In this document: positions 21,160 to 31,502 of the stretch, in pieces | How the letters are laid out: each line of letters begins with the position of its first letter | Position numbering within the stretch: position 1 is the stretch's first letter | NCBI GenBank assembly: GCA_963681965.1 | Contig: OY820579.1 | Span: forward strand, 2,464,001-2,528,000 | Direction of reading: 5' to 3' | DNA: 64,000 nt | Source of the DNA: a bacterium | GTDB lineage: Bacteria; Electryoneota; JAOADG01 | Notes under the pieces: model-generated | The model's database searches: none | Seen by the model: only the letters and a program-made list of their open reading frames with translations | What the model was told of the DNA's origin: nothing | Position numbers and translations under genes: made by a program

Positions 21160-21886
21160 TTGTATCCTGTTTTTCGTCATTTTCCTGATCACTGTGCCGG
21201 TCGCGGTATGTGCCGAATTTACTATACCTCCTCGACCGACCGCATTCGTGAACGATTACGCCAAATTGTTGAGTCCCGACCAGTTGACTCGGATCGAACA
21301 GATTTGTAAAAACATCGAACAACAATTGGACGGAATCGAATTTGCTGTGGTCACCGTTCCATCACTCAACGATTTAACGATCGAAGATGCGACAGTTCGG
21401 TGGTTCGAAGCATGGAAGATCGGAAAGAAAGACAAGAACAACGGTTTGCTATTGATGGTTGCGCCGAAAGAACGAAAAGTAAAAATCGAAGTCGGCTATG
21501 GACTGGAACCGATTTTACCGGATGGGGTGATTGGCGAATTACTTGATCGCGGTTTTGTCAACACTTTCCGGTTGACACAAAATTACGGCGATGCGATCAA
21601 CAACACTGTCAGTATGATCGGTATGCGGGTTGCCAAGATTGAAGGAAAGAAACTGGACGGTGTTCAATTACAAGCCGCAAAGCGTCCGAGTAACAGCAAT
21701 CGATTTCCGTATTGGTGGCTGATTTTTGCGGTAATTTTCTTCTTCCTGCGACGTCGAACCGGCTTCTTCTTTTTTCCGGGCGGTTTTGGTGGTGGCGGCT
21801 TCGGTGGCGGAGGTTTTGGCGGAGGTGGATTTGGCGGTTTCGGTGGCGGTGAATCCGGTGGCGGTGGTGCCTCTAGGAGCTTCTAG
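21146..21886 (+). CDS. TPM domain membrane protein (YgcG-like) with Gly-rich tail
   Basis: VNDYAKLL, WKIGKKDKNNGLLL, IEVGYGLEPILPD, terminal GGGESGGGGASRSF. Confidence 0.9.
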   Translation: MKKISCILFFVIFLITVPVAVCAEFTIPPRPTAFVNDYAKLLSPDQLTRIEQICKNIEQQLDGIEFAVVTVPSLNDLTIEDATVRWFEAWKIGKKDKNNGLLLMVAPKERKVKIEVGYGLEPILPDGVIGELLDRGFVNTFRLTQNYGDAINNTVSMIGMRVAKIEGKKLDGVQLQAAKRPSNSNRFPYWWLIFAVIFFFLRRRTGFFFFPGGFGGGGFGGGGFGGGGFGGFGGGESGGGGASRSF

Positions 21887-21976
21887 ATCAGCAAGTTAGT
21901 ATGTTTATACAAGATTGCATTTGTATCTCGGAACCTCATTTGAATCGATTTGATAGATATTGGGAAAAGGTCGTCG

Positions 21977-22720
21977 ATGCTAAACGTATTTTCTAAAACT
22001 GTCGGTTTGGACGAACGAATCGTTTTTCTTAAAGAGCGCTTCGAAACGGTATTTGGCAGCCATTTGAGCAGCGTTTTGCTATATGGATCTGCCTGCGGCT
22101 CACATTGGCATCAGGACTACTCCGATATCAACTTGGCAATTGAATTCCGGGGTGAGGATATTGATGTTTTGGATTGGGCAACCGGACTGAAAAAAGACTT
22201 TGAGCGCTTCCGAATCGAAGCATTATGGTTTGAAGAAGGGGGCATTTCCCGCGCTGCCGATGTCTTTCCGATCGAATTACTCGATATGAAAACCCGCTCC
22301 CGTGTTCTTTTGGGTCATAATCCAGTAGAAAATGTCATTGTCTACAAACCGGATCTTAGGCTGGCTTGTGAGCGATTTGGACGCGAAAAATTGCTGACAT
22401 TGCGCAGCCACTATCAACGAAATGTCGGCAATGAAGCGGCATTGCGTACGATTCTGTTGCGATCCACCCCGGGCTGGAGTGCAGTATTTCAAGCTGTTTT
22501 GTATATTTGCGATCTACCGATTTCCGAACATGCCAAAGAGCGTGCCGAGGCGGTCGGTGAACGCCTGCAATTTGATTCATCGCCATTTCAGGCACTATTT
22601 GAATGGCGTTCTCTACCGAAATCAGGTGATTTAGTCTTTTTAATGCAACTTTACCGCAGTTATTTACGCGCGATCAAGGGATTTACCGTCGCCATTGATC
22701 AGTGGGAGGAAAATGTTTAA
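21977..22720 (+). CDS. Nucleotidyltransferase-like protein (TPM/LemA-associated)
   Basis: LLYGSA...SDINL pol-beta motif, DVFPIELLDM. Confidence 0.75.
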   Translation: MLNVFSKTVGLDERIVFLKERFETVFGSHLSSVLLYGSACGSHWHQDYSDINLAIEFRGEDIDVLDWATGLKKDFERFRIEALWFEEGGISRAADVFPIELLDMKTRSRVLLGHNPVENVIVYKPDLRLACERFGREKLLTLRSHYQRNVGNEAALRTILLRSTPGWSAVFQAVLYICDLPISEHAKERAEAVGERLQFDSSPFQALFEWRSLPKSGDLVFLMQLYRSYLRAIKGFTVAIDQWEENV

Positions 22721-23315
22721 ATCGTTATTTATACGGAAGAACCGGGGTGCTGCTGTGCTCTGGATCATATTGGCAGTGATCGTATTAGTCGGAATCATTT
22801 TGTTTGCGTGGGTTCAGGGCGCATATAATAAGATGGTCGCAGCCGATGAAGCGGTAAAAGCGTCCTGGGCACAAGTCGAAAATCAGTTGCAACGCCGTTA
22901 CGACCTAATCCCGAATCTGGTGGAAACAGTCAAAGGATTTGCCACTCAGGAAAAATCGGTGTTGATCGGCGTAACTGAAGCTCGCGCCAAAGTGGGCGGA
23001 GCCGGTGGCGATGTCAATAAGCGGATTGGTGCCGAAAACGAACTCAGCTCGGCTTTGTCGCGATTGATGGTAATCGTCGAAAGCTATCCTCAGTTGAAAT
23101 CGGATCAGAACTTTCTCCGGTTGCAAGACGAACTAGCCGGAACGGAAAATCGGTTATCCGTCGAGCGTCGCCGGTATAACGAAGAAGTCCAAAAATTCAA
23201 CGTGCTGGTTCGGAGTTTCCCGGCAAATATCATCGCCGGAATGTTCAATTTCACGGTACGTCAAACATTCGAAGCGCCTGCTGATGCTAAAATTGCACCA
23301 AAAGTGAAATTTTAA
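22713..23315 (+). CDS. lemA: LemA family protein
   Basis: QLQRRYDLIPNLVETVKG, YPQLKSDQNF, ELAGTENR. Confidence 0.93.
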   Translation: MFKSLFIRKNRGAAVLWIILAVIVLVGIILFAWVQGAYNKMVAADEAVKASWAQVENQLQRRYDLIPNLVETVKGFATQEKSVLIGVTEARAKVGGAGGDVNKRIGAENELSSALSRLMVIVESYPQLKSDQNFLRLQDELAGTENRLSVERRRYNEEVQKFNVLVRSFPANIIAGMFNFTVRQTFEAPADAKIAPKVKF

Positions 23316-23427
23316 TCGATCTGTAGTATCCAAGACGATTTTGAATGTTATATTACAACTATCTTAACTCATAACCGGTCAACGTTCCTTGACGTAACAC
23401 TTTGCGCTACGACCGCCAAGGAGGATT

Positions 23428-24270
23428 ATGGACGTAACATTTTGGGGAACACGCGGCTCGCTACCGTCGCCGGGACCGTTAACGGTTCGGTACGGCGGTA
23501 ATACTACCTGCGTGGAAGTCGCATTTGCCTCCGGTGAAATTGTTATTATCGATTCCGGTACGGGTATTCGTCCGTTAGGGAACGATTTAATTTCGCGTGG
23601 AGGTTCCGTTCGCGTGAAATTGTTATTCACTCATGCACATTGGGATCATGTGCAGGGCTTCCCGTTTTTCGTTCCGGCATTTATCGCAGGCAATCATATC
23701 GAGATTTATGGTTCGGAAGCCGCGCAGAAATTGATTCGCGACGATATTTTCGATGCCAGTGACAGTAGTTATTTCCCAGTGAAGAAAGCCGATTTCAAAG
23801 CGACCTGCGCCTTTCACGAAGGGGCGGATTGGCTCCCGAAATTGCAGGGTGCTACAGTAAAAGCATTACCGTTGAATCATCCCGGTGGCGGTTTTTGTTA
23901 TCGCTTCGACGAGAATGGAAAATCGTTCGCATTTGTCACCGATTTCGAATTGGGTCAGAAGTATGCGACGGGATCGAGTATTGCCGAATTGCGAAAATTC
24001 GTACATGAAGTCGACCTGCTGGTGATGGATGCTCAGTACACCGACGAAGAAATAGCGATGACGCGCGGTTGGGGACACTCGACATTCAATGAAGCGATCG
24101 ATTTTGGTCACTCTGCCGGCGTCTCCAAATTGGTGTTGTATCATCACGATCCGAGACGAAGCGACGAGGAACTCGATCACATCGTAGCGAAATTGCGCAG
24201 CCGCTTGGTCGCCAATCGAGAACCGATGGAAGTCGCACCGGCACGCGAAGGTGAAACACTGGTTGTGTAG
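23428..24270 (+). CDS. MBL-fold metallohydrolase
   Basis: FWGTRGS, YGGNTTC, THAHWDH, WGHS, HHDP. Confidence 0.9.
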   Translation: MDVTFWGTRGSLPSPGPLTVRYGGNTTCVEVAFASGEIVIIDSGTGIRPLGNDLISRGGSVRVKLLFTHAHWDHVQGFPFFVPAFIAGNHIEIYGSEAAQKLIRDDIFDASDSSYFPVKKADFKATCAFHEGADWLPKLQGATVKALPLNHPGGGFCYRFDENGKSFAFVTDFELGQKYATGSSIAELRKFVHEVDLLVMDAQYTDEEIAMTRGWGHSTFNEAIDFGHSAGVSKLVLYHHDPRRSDEELDHIVAKLRSRLVANREPMEVAPAREGETLVV

Positions 24271-24359
24271 CAATTCGATTCAATTTTACGGAAGAGGTTG
24301 GGCAAGCAGTCTGACCTCTTTTCTTTAGGAAGACGCTCTAATCGGATGGAGATAGAAAG

Positions 24360-25766
24360 ATGAAAACTTTTTCCAAACCCCCACTCACCATCGATTTTAC
24401 CAATGCGATCAATCCCGGTCCGGCTGGTGCTGGAGCGATTGCAGCACCGATTTTAAATGAAGCAATCGTGAAAGAGCTGAAACTCGCTCTTGCCGACAAC
24501 TACCGGATGCGCGAGACTGGCGAGATTGCGTGGGCGGAGTTACCGCACGAAGCGCAAGCGATTGCCGATCAGAGTGTCGTATTTGCAAAAACGATTCGCA
24601 ATGATTTCGAAAATTTCGTGCAGATGGGAATCGGTGGCAGCGCGCTTGGTGCACAGGCGGTGCTGGAAGCGGTGGGGCATCCGTATGCGAATTTGACCAA
24701 TCAAAGACCGCGCATGTTTGTTGCCGACAATATCGATCCGGATCAATTGAACGGTCTGTTCGATGTTGCCGATCCGAAGAAAACGTGTTATCACATCGTA
24801 ACGAAATCGGGTTCGACTCCGGAGACGATGGCGCAACTCTTCATCGTGTTGGATCGGATCAAAGCGGCGGTTGGCGATAATTGGCGAAAGCATCTTTATA
24901 TCACCACCGATCCGAAAGTCGGTGCGCTGAAGAAGTGGGCAGTCGAAGAAAATCTCCCGACACTGCATATTCCACCGAAGGTGGGGGGACGGTTCTCGGT
25001 ACTCACATCGGTTGGACTACTGCCGGCAGCCGTGGCGGGAATGGATGTCTATGCGATGTTGGAAGGGGCGAAGTGGATGCAGATTCGCTGCTGGCATGAG
25101 AACCCGGAACAGAATCCGGCGGCGTGGTTGGCGGCGTTGTTGGTGAGGGCAGATCGCGAACTTGGGATCAAGATGTTTGTGATGATGCCGTATAGCAGTC
25201 GGCTGTATCGGATGGGGGATTGGTTCCGGCAGTTGTGGGCTGAGTCGATTGGGAAGCGATACGATCGCGATGGCAAGGAGATTTTTGTCGGGACGACTCC
25301 GATCAAAGCGCTCGGTGCGACCGATCAGCATTCGCAGGTGCAGCTTTATGTCGAAGGTCCGAAGGATAAGTTGACGATCTTTGTTGAAGCACCATTCGAT
25401 GGTGAAGTCAAGATTCCGATTGGCTTGCCGGGCGACAAGGCTCTCGCGTATCTCGAAGGGCATGGCATGGGCGAATTATTGCTGACGGAATTGCGAGCGA
25501 CGGAACGCGCGATTGCGAAGGCGGGACGACCATCGATCACGATTAAACTGAGTGGACACAATCCCGAGGCGGTCGGTGCGTTTTTGTATTTGTGGGAAGT
25601 AACGACGGCGCTGGCAGGATCGATGTACAACATCAATGCCTTCGATCAACCGGGGGTGGAAGCAGGCAAGATCACGACGGCGGCACTGCTTGGCAAACCG
25701 GGGATGGAAGCTGAAGCTGACGCCATCAATAAGGAGCTGGCGGCATTTAAGAAGATTGTGGTGTAG
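24360..25766 (+). CDS. pgi: Glucose-6-phosphate isomerase
   Basis: GIGGSALG, KSGSTPET, VGGRFSV, QLWAESIGK, DQHSQVQL, FDQPGVEAGK. Confidence 0.95.
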   Translation: MKTFSKPPLTIDFTNAINPGPAGAGAIAAPILNEAIVKELKLALADNYRMRETGEIAWAELPHEAQAIADQSVVFAKTIRNDFENFVQMGIGGSALGAQAVLEAVGHPYANLTNQRPRMFVADNIDPDQLNGLFDVADPKKTCYHIVTKSGSTPETMAQLFIVLDRIKAAVGDNWRKHLYITTDPKVGALKKWAVEENLPTLHIPPKVGGRFSVLTSVGLLPAAVAGMDVYAMLEGAKWMQIRCWHENPEQNPAAWLAALLVRADRELGIKMFVMMPYSSRLYRMGDWFRQLWAESIGKRYDRDGKEIFVGTTPIKALGATDQHSQVQLYVEGPKDKLTIFVEAPFDGEVKIPIGLPGDKALAYLEGHGMGELLLTELRATERAIAKAGRPSITIKLSGHNPEAVGAFLYLWEVTTALAGSMYNINAFDQPGVEAGKITTAALLGKPGMEAEADAINKELAAFKKIVV

Positions 25767-25769
25767 AAC

Positions 25770-26301
25770 GATAGGGGCGACCCGCCATACGACGGATCGA
25801 TGCGCACCATGTTTTTTAGTAGGGGAGGCCCTCCGCGGCCTCCCGTTTTTGTATCTTTAATTCTGTTTCTTTTATCCTTTATCCTTCAGTACTGCCCAAC
25901 TCCGATTGGGCATTTTTGTTTTCCTGTATCCTGATTTGTCGTTGCGAGGAACGAAACGTAGGAACGTGCGCAGCACTTCCGTAGCGAAGAGACGAAGTAA
26001 ACTCCTCTTGTAACACACTCCTGATTTGTCGGTTCGAATCTTCTTTTCCGTAGGTCAGAAATTGTTCTGACCATTTCTTTTTCCGTAGGGTATGGCATAC
26101 GCCCGTTATTTTTTATCCTGATCGGACACGGGCGGTTCTCGAACCGCCCCTACTATAAAAAAATGATGAGTCGGAATAAATTTCGACCTACTGCAAAGAA
26201 GGTGTCGCCATGTCAGATGTGGCGTATCTTTCGCGCAATGACAGAATAGGATACAAAATCAAAGATACTAGAACGGGAGCCCGCTGAGGGGCTCCCCTAC
26301 T
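25770..26301. repeat. Cluster of GTAG-type REP palindromes
   Basis: GTAGGGGAGGCCCTCCGCGGCCTCCC, GGGCGGTTCTCGAACCGCCCCTAC, GGGAGCCCGCTGAGGGGCTCCCCTAC and others. Confidence 0.7.
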
Positions 26302-26446
26302 TCAGGATATGCAATGAATGGAAGTTGTCTCGGTTATGTCTGTTTTACAAGAAATCCGGTTTATAGATCGATGAATTCAAGTTTATTTAGATGAATTCCG
26401 GGAGAGTGGATGAGCGGTAATGATCTGGTGGTTTTTGAACAATTAG

Positions 26447-27385
26447 TTATTGTTGTTTGTATTCTTTAATTAGTTTGCTAAAGTGTGTCCTAAAAAGAAC
26501 AATCTTATCGGTAAGCCACTTGAAATATTCATTCATTTTTGATTCTTTTTCAATATCAGCACCTGTCAATTTCTGAGTAATAAGGCAAGCTTTGGCTGCC
26601 TCTTTCCATTCTAACCCACCCAATTCATTTTCTAATTGCGCCTTCTGCTCTTGTAAGTAATTGAATAATCCTTTGTCATTGCTGATATAAATTCCGCAAG
26701 CTAGTAGTTGTTCTCTGGTATTAATCGTTAACATGATATGAGCTACCGAGTTACCAATACTTACATCATACCAATGTTGGTAACGAGGCGTCTGAAATTT
26801 AATTGGCAATTTTTGCTCTTGAGCATAAGATTTTAGCCTCGTCCAAAAATCAAATTGCCTGAGTTTAGTATCTGTTAACTCGTCTTTAATGTTACCTTGC
26901 TTTAGAATTTTAGACCATTCATTTGGGCTGCTAATAACTTGAAATTTGGGTGCTGGAGCAGAATTATCAATTTGCCATAATTCTAATTTAATGGCAAAAA
27001 ATGCAATTTTTTCTGGTGTGTTTTCGTTTAGCCAATCAATAGCTTGTCGGTGCTCTTCTCTGATTTCTTTAAATATCCATATGATAATGTTCGCGTCGTA
27101 ACCTGCGGCATAAGTAATAATTTTACCTAAATGGTCGTGGTCAGTAGTTTCTAACTGATTCTCAATAATTATTTTTCTACCTGTGGCTTCTTCTTCAGCT
27201 AAAATATCCAAACTGAATTTTCCCACTTCTGCTTCTTTCTTAATTAAACTAATGTCAATACCGATTTCTTCACTTAGTAAGGCTAAGTTTTCATTATCAC
27301 AAAGCCAATCAGAAAAATCTGAGGCTTCATTTTTCCAAGCTGTTCGAAGGTCAACTTTGACAATTTTACCTAAGGGGTTACTCAT
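26447..27385 (-). CDS. DUF4268 domain protein (endonuclease-like N-terminus), AT-rich
   Basis: VDLRTAWKNEASDFSDWL, LDILA, IIIENQLETTDHDHLGKIITYAAG. Confidence 0.8.
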   Translation of the reverse strand: MSNPLGKIVKVDLRTAWKNEASDFSDWLCDNENLALLSEEIGIDISLIKKEAEVGKFSLDILAEEEATGRKIIIENQLETTDHDHLGKIITYAAGYDANIIIWIFKEIREEHRQAIDWLNENTPEKIAFFAIKLELWQIDNSAPAPKFQVISSPNEWSKILKQGNIKDELTDTKLRQFDFWTRLKSYAQEQKLPIKFQTPRYQHWYDVSIGNSVAHIMLTINTREQLLACGIYISNDKGLFNYLQEQKAQLENELGGLEWKEAAKACLITQKLTGADIEKESKMNEYFKWLTDKIVLFRTHFSKLIKEYKQQ

Positions 27386-28033
27386 GGTTGTTCGCCTCAA
27401 AGATTACAAAACTGATATAATTGATTTAATGACCTGATAAAGTACAAAATTGTATTTGAAATAGAAAGTAAGATATTCACCAGTCTAGTATACAATTGAA
27501 ATTAGTGATTACAGTATAGCGAGTGCGTTTTTTGGCTGAACACGTCTAACAGCTACCTACTATGCGCATATCTGCGCATGAAACCGTTCTTCCCTACCTA
27601 CGAGAACCTAACCTAATATTTCACACTGCTAAGAGTTACCCTCGATTTAGAATTATCTTACTCGTCACCACTGTTTCTATTCATTGATTTTCACCCGATC
27701 CATTCAAGTCAGTTTAAATATGTTCGCGCCTGCGTTACACGCAGTCGACGAATCACTGGAGGTAGATTTGATTAGGTTAGATTTCTGTCGTGAGGCTTGA
27801 TATTATGAAAAAAATCGCACGGATCCAATCTGATAAACGCTACCCACCTCACCGTTTCCAGTACTTACCATGTACTTACCAGCGGAAACAAGAAGCACTC
27901 AAGGATTGAGAGATAACTGCTTGTGATTACGTTGAGGTGAATCGTAAGTCTCGTATTTCTGTTTTGGATTCGGTTCGGTTCGGGGGGGGCGCGATTTCGC
28001 AACGGCAAGGTTTTCGCAACGACAAATCATAAG

Positions 28034-28123
28034 GAGCGCAGGCTGAAGCCTGCGGCTACGAAAATGGGCGTATGCCATACGCCCCTACGAAAAAAAAAGC
28101 GGACTCTCTTAGTCAGCCGCTAC
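28034..28123. repeat. Cluster of GTAG-type REP palindromes
   Basis: GCAGGCTGAAGCCTGCGGCTAC, GGGCGTATGCCATACGCCCCTAC, GCGGACT..AGTCAGCCGCTAC. Confidence 0.7.
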
Positions 28124-28192
28124 ACATTCTATTAAAAATCAAAGCACTCCTCAAAAGACCAAATTGGCAGCTGAGGGTCTGCAATGGAATAA

Positions 28193-28726
28193 TTACCGGA
28201 TCGCAGCCGATTTCAGTGCTTTCTGGAACATCTTCTTGATCGCGTTGTTCTCTTCACTCAGGAGTGCCTGTTCAAAGAAGGGGAGGAGTTCCACTCGGGC
28301 GGTAGCATTCGCTTTAGCAAGTTCCGTCAGTGCATAGGCGGCACTCCACCGCAGCACCGTCCCTTCGCCCTGTAGCATCTTCTGCAAAGCGGGAATCGCT
28401 TGCGCACAGTCGCTGGGGAAGTGCGGGGCAAGATTGCCAATCGTTTCGGCGGCTTCCCAACAGACTCGGGGGGCTTTGGCAGAGAGTTGCTGCTGGATGA
28501 AATCGATCGACCCGGTGAAGAATTTGGGTTCGGTCTTGGAGATCAGCGTCAAGGCGCTCATGCAATTGCCCCGCTCGGAATCGCCGGCAACCGCCATGAG
28601 GTCGATTAGTTCACGGCTCAGTTTCCGTTCGGTCAGGAAGAGATTGGCTAACAGCTCGATCTTCTCTTTCGGCTTGATTGTCTTCGAAAGCAAGATCTCA
28701 TCGTATTGGGAGGGCGGTCGCTTCAT
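28193..28726 (-). CDS. HEAT-repeat protein
   Basis: PRVCWEAAETIGNL, VLRWSAAYALTEL. Confidence 0.75.
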   Translation of the reverse strand: MKRPPSQYDEILLSKTIKPKEKIELLANLFLTERKLSRELIDLMAVAGDSERGNCMSALTLISKTEPKFFTGSIDFIQQQLSAKAPRVCWEAAETIGNLAPHFPSDCAQAIPALQKMLQGEGTVLRWSAAYALTELAKANATARVELLPFFEQALLSEENNAIKKMFQKALKSAAIR

Positions 28727-28785
28727 ATTTCCTCACTGAATTTTTTCACGATCCGCTATAATATACAGGGATATTCTGGAAATTC

Positions 28786-29220
28786 TCACCATTTCCCTTG
28801 AATATACTCGCGCAAGTAGCGGATTTCGGTTTCCCGTTCGTGTGTGTGCCACTTTCCGATATCGCCGATGGAAATCAATCCCACCAATTTTCCATTATCC
28901 ATGACGGGGAGGTGGCGGCACCGTTTTTTCGTCATCACCGCAAGACAATCGTCCAGTTCCCACTCCGGAGTGACATAGACCAGATCCGGTGACATAAATT
29001 CAGCGACAGTAAGCTCGATCAACGATTTGTCCGTCCGGAGCGAAGCCCGGAGGAAATCGCGTTCGGTGAAGATGCCCAGTATTTCCTCTTTGTGAACAAT
29101 CAATGCGGCACCGACTTTTTCTTCGATCAACACCCGAACCGCATTCAACAGCGAGGTCGATGGTGTGATTGTGATGACATTCGGTCCCTTTTCTTTCAGG
29201 ATGGATGCAACCTGAGCCAT
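28786..29220 (-). CDS. CBS domain pair protein
   Basis: GIFTERD, RHLPVMD.GKLVGLISIGD; start taken at MAQVASIL after a G-rich RBS. Confidence 0.88.
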   Translation of the reverse strand: MAQVASILKEKGPNVITITPSTSLLNAVRVLIEEKVGAALIVHKEEILGIFTERDFLRASLRTDKSLIELTVAEFMSPDLVYVTPEWELDDCLAVMTKKRCRHLPVMDNGKLVGLISIGDIGKWHTHERETEIRYLREYIQGKW

Positions 29221-29358
29221 GTATTTTCCCCCCATATGAACGGTAGCAATCGGCAATAGCGATTTCTTCAAAAGTGATACGTTCATCCGACTAAATTGCA
29301 TATTATGACTTAAATGACCTCGCAAAACTGAGATCTTGTGATCAAATATTATATCTAC

Positions 29359-29452
29359 TGAAAAAGTCGTCATGAATCGGTATCAGGCTTCGCCTGCTCT
29401 GCGGGCGGGCATGGGAACCCGCTCCTACTATCGATAACAACTTATTTTTCAG
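29359..29452. repeat. REP/BIME-like composite element, copy 2
   Basis: GTCATGAATCGGTATCAGGCTTCGCCTG...CCTACTATCGATAACAACTTATTTT matches the copy at 5111-5212. Confidence 0.7.
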
Positions 29453-29703
29453 ATCCATTATCGTAATCACATTGTCGACAAACGTGCCTAAATCACATGC
29501 AGGATTACTCAATGATATCATTCATATTTGTTCTGGTTTGGGTCCATGAATTATCTTTCACAATTAATTATTTCCAGCTACTCTTTTGTCAGCTACTGAG
29601 ATTATTCAATTTACAAGTCACTACATCACTTCACCTGTTGCCTTAATTCGTAACGGCATCTCTGAAATGTAGTCCCGCTTCCATCTTACAGAAAGGTAAT
29701 GTC

Positions 29704-31320
29704 ATGAAGTCTCGCAACATGATGATTGTTATCGTCACGTTTCTACTACTCTGCATCGGTGTTGCATTTGCAGCCGATGGTACAACTGAAGTCAGTAAAA
29801 GTTGGACCGCATCGTTCAAGAAAGACATCAACTGGCAGATGTTGACCGATGCCGGATACTTGGTCGTCGGATCCGACGATGGTCTATATGGGCTCAATCC
29901 GAAGACTGGCGAAGTCGCTTGGAAAATTGCCGAAGGGAAAGGGGTCGATGAAGATTTCTTCGAAATTATTCCGGGATCTCAATTTGCCGTGATCACGAAG
30001 AAGACCGGTGGATTGGGTATGATGATGTCGATGCAACTTTTTATCGATGTTATCGAAGGGAAAATTCTTTGGAAAACCGAGGATGCCGGGATTAAAAATG
30101 CACTCGGACAGATGTTTGTCGAACCGGCGAATGGCGTGTTGCTATATGGTTGGAAAGGCAGCTACGGCAGCCCGACGACGTTCTTCGTCGATCCGCTTAC
30201 CGGCAAGAAAATCTGGGAAAATAAGGAACTCTTTGACGATGTACCGGCGTTGTTTCCGATCAAACCGAATGCGAAAATCGCTCGCACCAGTATCGTTGGA
30301 AACCAACCACCAGTGTATCTGGAAGATGGTTCGTTCCTGGTGTTTATGTCGGAAGAGGGATTGCGGAAAGTCGATTCGAAGACTGGCAATATTATCTGGA
30401 AATCCAAATTTAAATTCAAAGAAGTTCCGGCATTCCGAAACGGTTATGGTCCGATACGGATAACCAAAGACGGTAAATGTGCCTTGGTTCCGCACGACAA
30501 AGCGTTGGAAATGATCAATCTTGCCGACGGCAAACCGGTGTGGGAAAAACCTGTTAAGTTACCGGGTAAAGTCGGTCAAATGGAAGAGACGTCGTTCGGT
30601 TTGGTGGTTCGCGGCGCTCCGGGCAAGGATTCGCGACCGTTTATTACCGTCGTCGATCTAAAGACGCAAGCATCACCGTGGAAAAAACCGTTTAAAGATC
30701 TGGATGGTGCCAGTAACTTTGTGATGCAGGGCGATTATATTTATCTCTATGCCGATGGCTCGGTCTTTAAAATCAGCCTTGCCGACGGTTCGGCGGATGA
30801 GTTCGTCAAGAAGATCAAATTCAAGGACGATGAAATTCCCTCGACGCTAGAACTGTACGACAACGGCGTGATTTTAATCTCCGATCAGAACATGGCGAAA
30901 TACGATTTTACCGGCAAGCAGGTGTATCAGGTCTATCACAAAGCACCGCAGTCGGGACTGTTCGCGAAGATCGCATCGACGGCATTGATTGCCGCCGCCA
31001 ACGCCGCTGCCGCGGGAAATGCCTATAGTACGGCTCAGGCAACTGGCACGAGTCAATCCTATTCCTTGGTGACCAGCAATCCGATTATGTCGGCGCGGTT
31101 CAAAGCATCCTCGAATGCCGGTAAATTTGTCACGGTCTTGACGAAGGTAGAAGCCGGGAAGCAGAGCGGTCCGGGATTGGTGAAAGTGGATAAGGTCGAA
31201 GGGAAAGATGTCAAGAGCTTGGTGTTGGGAACGAAAGAACCGAAATACCAGTACGACGATGTCGAAAACCGATTGTTTTTCATTAAAGACGACAAAACAA
31301 TTGAGTGTTACGCGTTCTAG
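29704..31320 (+). CDS. Secreted PQQ-like beta-propeller repeat protein
   Basis: Signal peptide; repeated D..TG...WK Trp-docking motifs. Confidence 0.8.
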   Translation: MKSRNMMIVIVTFLLLCIGVAFAADGTTEVSKSWTASFKKDINWQMLTDAGYLVVGSDDGLYGLNPKTGEVAWKIAEGKGVDEDFFEIIPGSQFAVITKKTGGLGMMMSMQLFIDVIEGKILWKTEDAGIKNALGQMFVEPANGVLLYGWKGSYGSPTTFFVDPLTGKKIWENKELFDDVPALFPIKPNAKIARTSIVGNQPPVYLEDGSFLVFMSEEGLRKVDSKTGNIIWKSKFKFKEVPAFRNGYGPIRITKDGKCALVPHDKALEMINLADGKPVWEKPVKLPGKVGQMEETSFGLVVRGAPGKDSRPFITVVDLKTQASPWKKPFKDLDGASNFVMQGDYIYLYADGSVFKISLADGSADEFVKKIKFKDDEIPSTLELYDNGVILISDQNMAKYDFTGKQVYQVYHKAPQSGLFAKIASTALIAAANAAAAGNAYSTAQATGTSQSYSLVTSNPIMSARFKASSNAGKFVTVLTKVEAGKQSGPGLVKVDKVEGKDVKSLVLGTKEPKYQYDDVENRLFFIKDDKTIECYAF

Positions 31321-31339
31321 GCAGCCTCATCGGAGCGAC

Positions 31340-31368
31340 TTGCAAAGGGGAAAAAAAGATATTATAAT
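31340..31368 (+). promoter_or_regulatory. Sigma70 promoter of the tRNA gene
   Basis: TTGCAA-17 bp-TATAAT. Confidence 0.7.
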
Positions 31369-31392
31369 TGCGTTTGCAAGAAGCTAAGATGA

Positions 31393-31465
31393 TCCCCGGT
31401 AGCTCAATCGGCAGAGCGGTTGGCTGTTAACCAATAGGTTGGGAGTTCGAGTCTCTCCCGGGGAG
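31393..31465 (+). tRNA. tRNA-Asn (GTT); CCA not encoded (followed by CCG)
   Basis: Cloverleaf: TCCCCGG/CCGGGGA acceptor, GCTC/GAGC D arm, GTTGG-CTGTTAA-CCAAT anticodon arm, TTCGAGT T loop. Confidence 0.97.
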
Positions 31466-31470
31466 CCGCA

Positions 31471-31502
31471 GAAATCCGCTCATGAACTGGGCGGATTTTT
31501 TG
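31471..31502 (+). terminator. Terminator after tRNA
   Basis: AAATCCGCTCA...TGGGCGGATTTT hairpin with T run. Confidence 0.7.

Noticed and set aside
21778-21870. GGT/GGC-rich tandem repeat
   Set aside because: Encodes the normal Gly-rich tail of the TPM protein.
27440-27960. Possible integron attC (GTCTAAC ... GTTAGAT)
   Set aside because: Spacing of ~230 bp is too long, there is no internal symmetry and no integron integrase.
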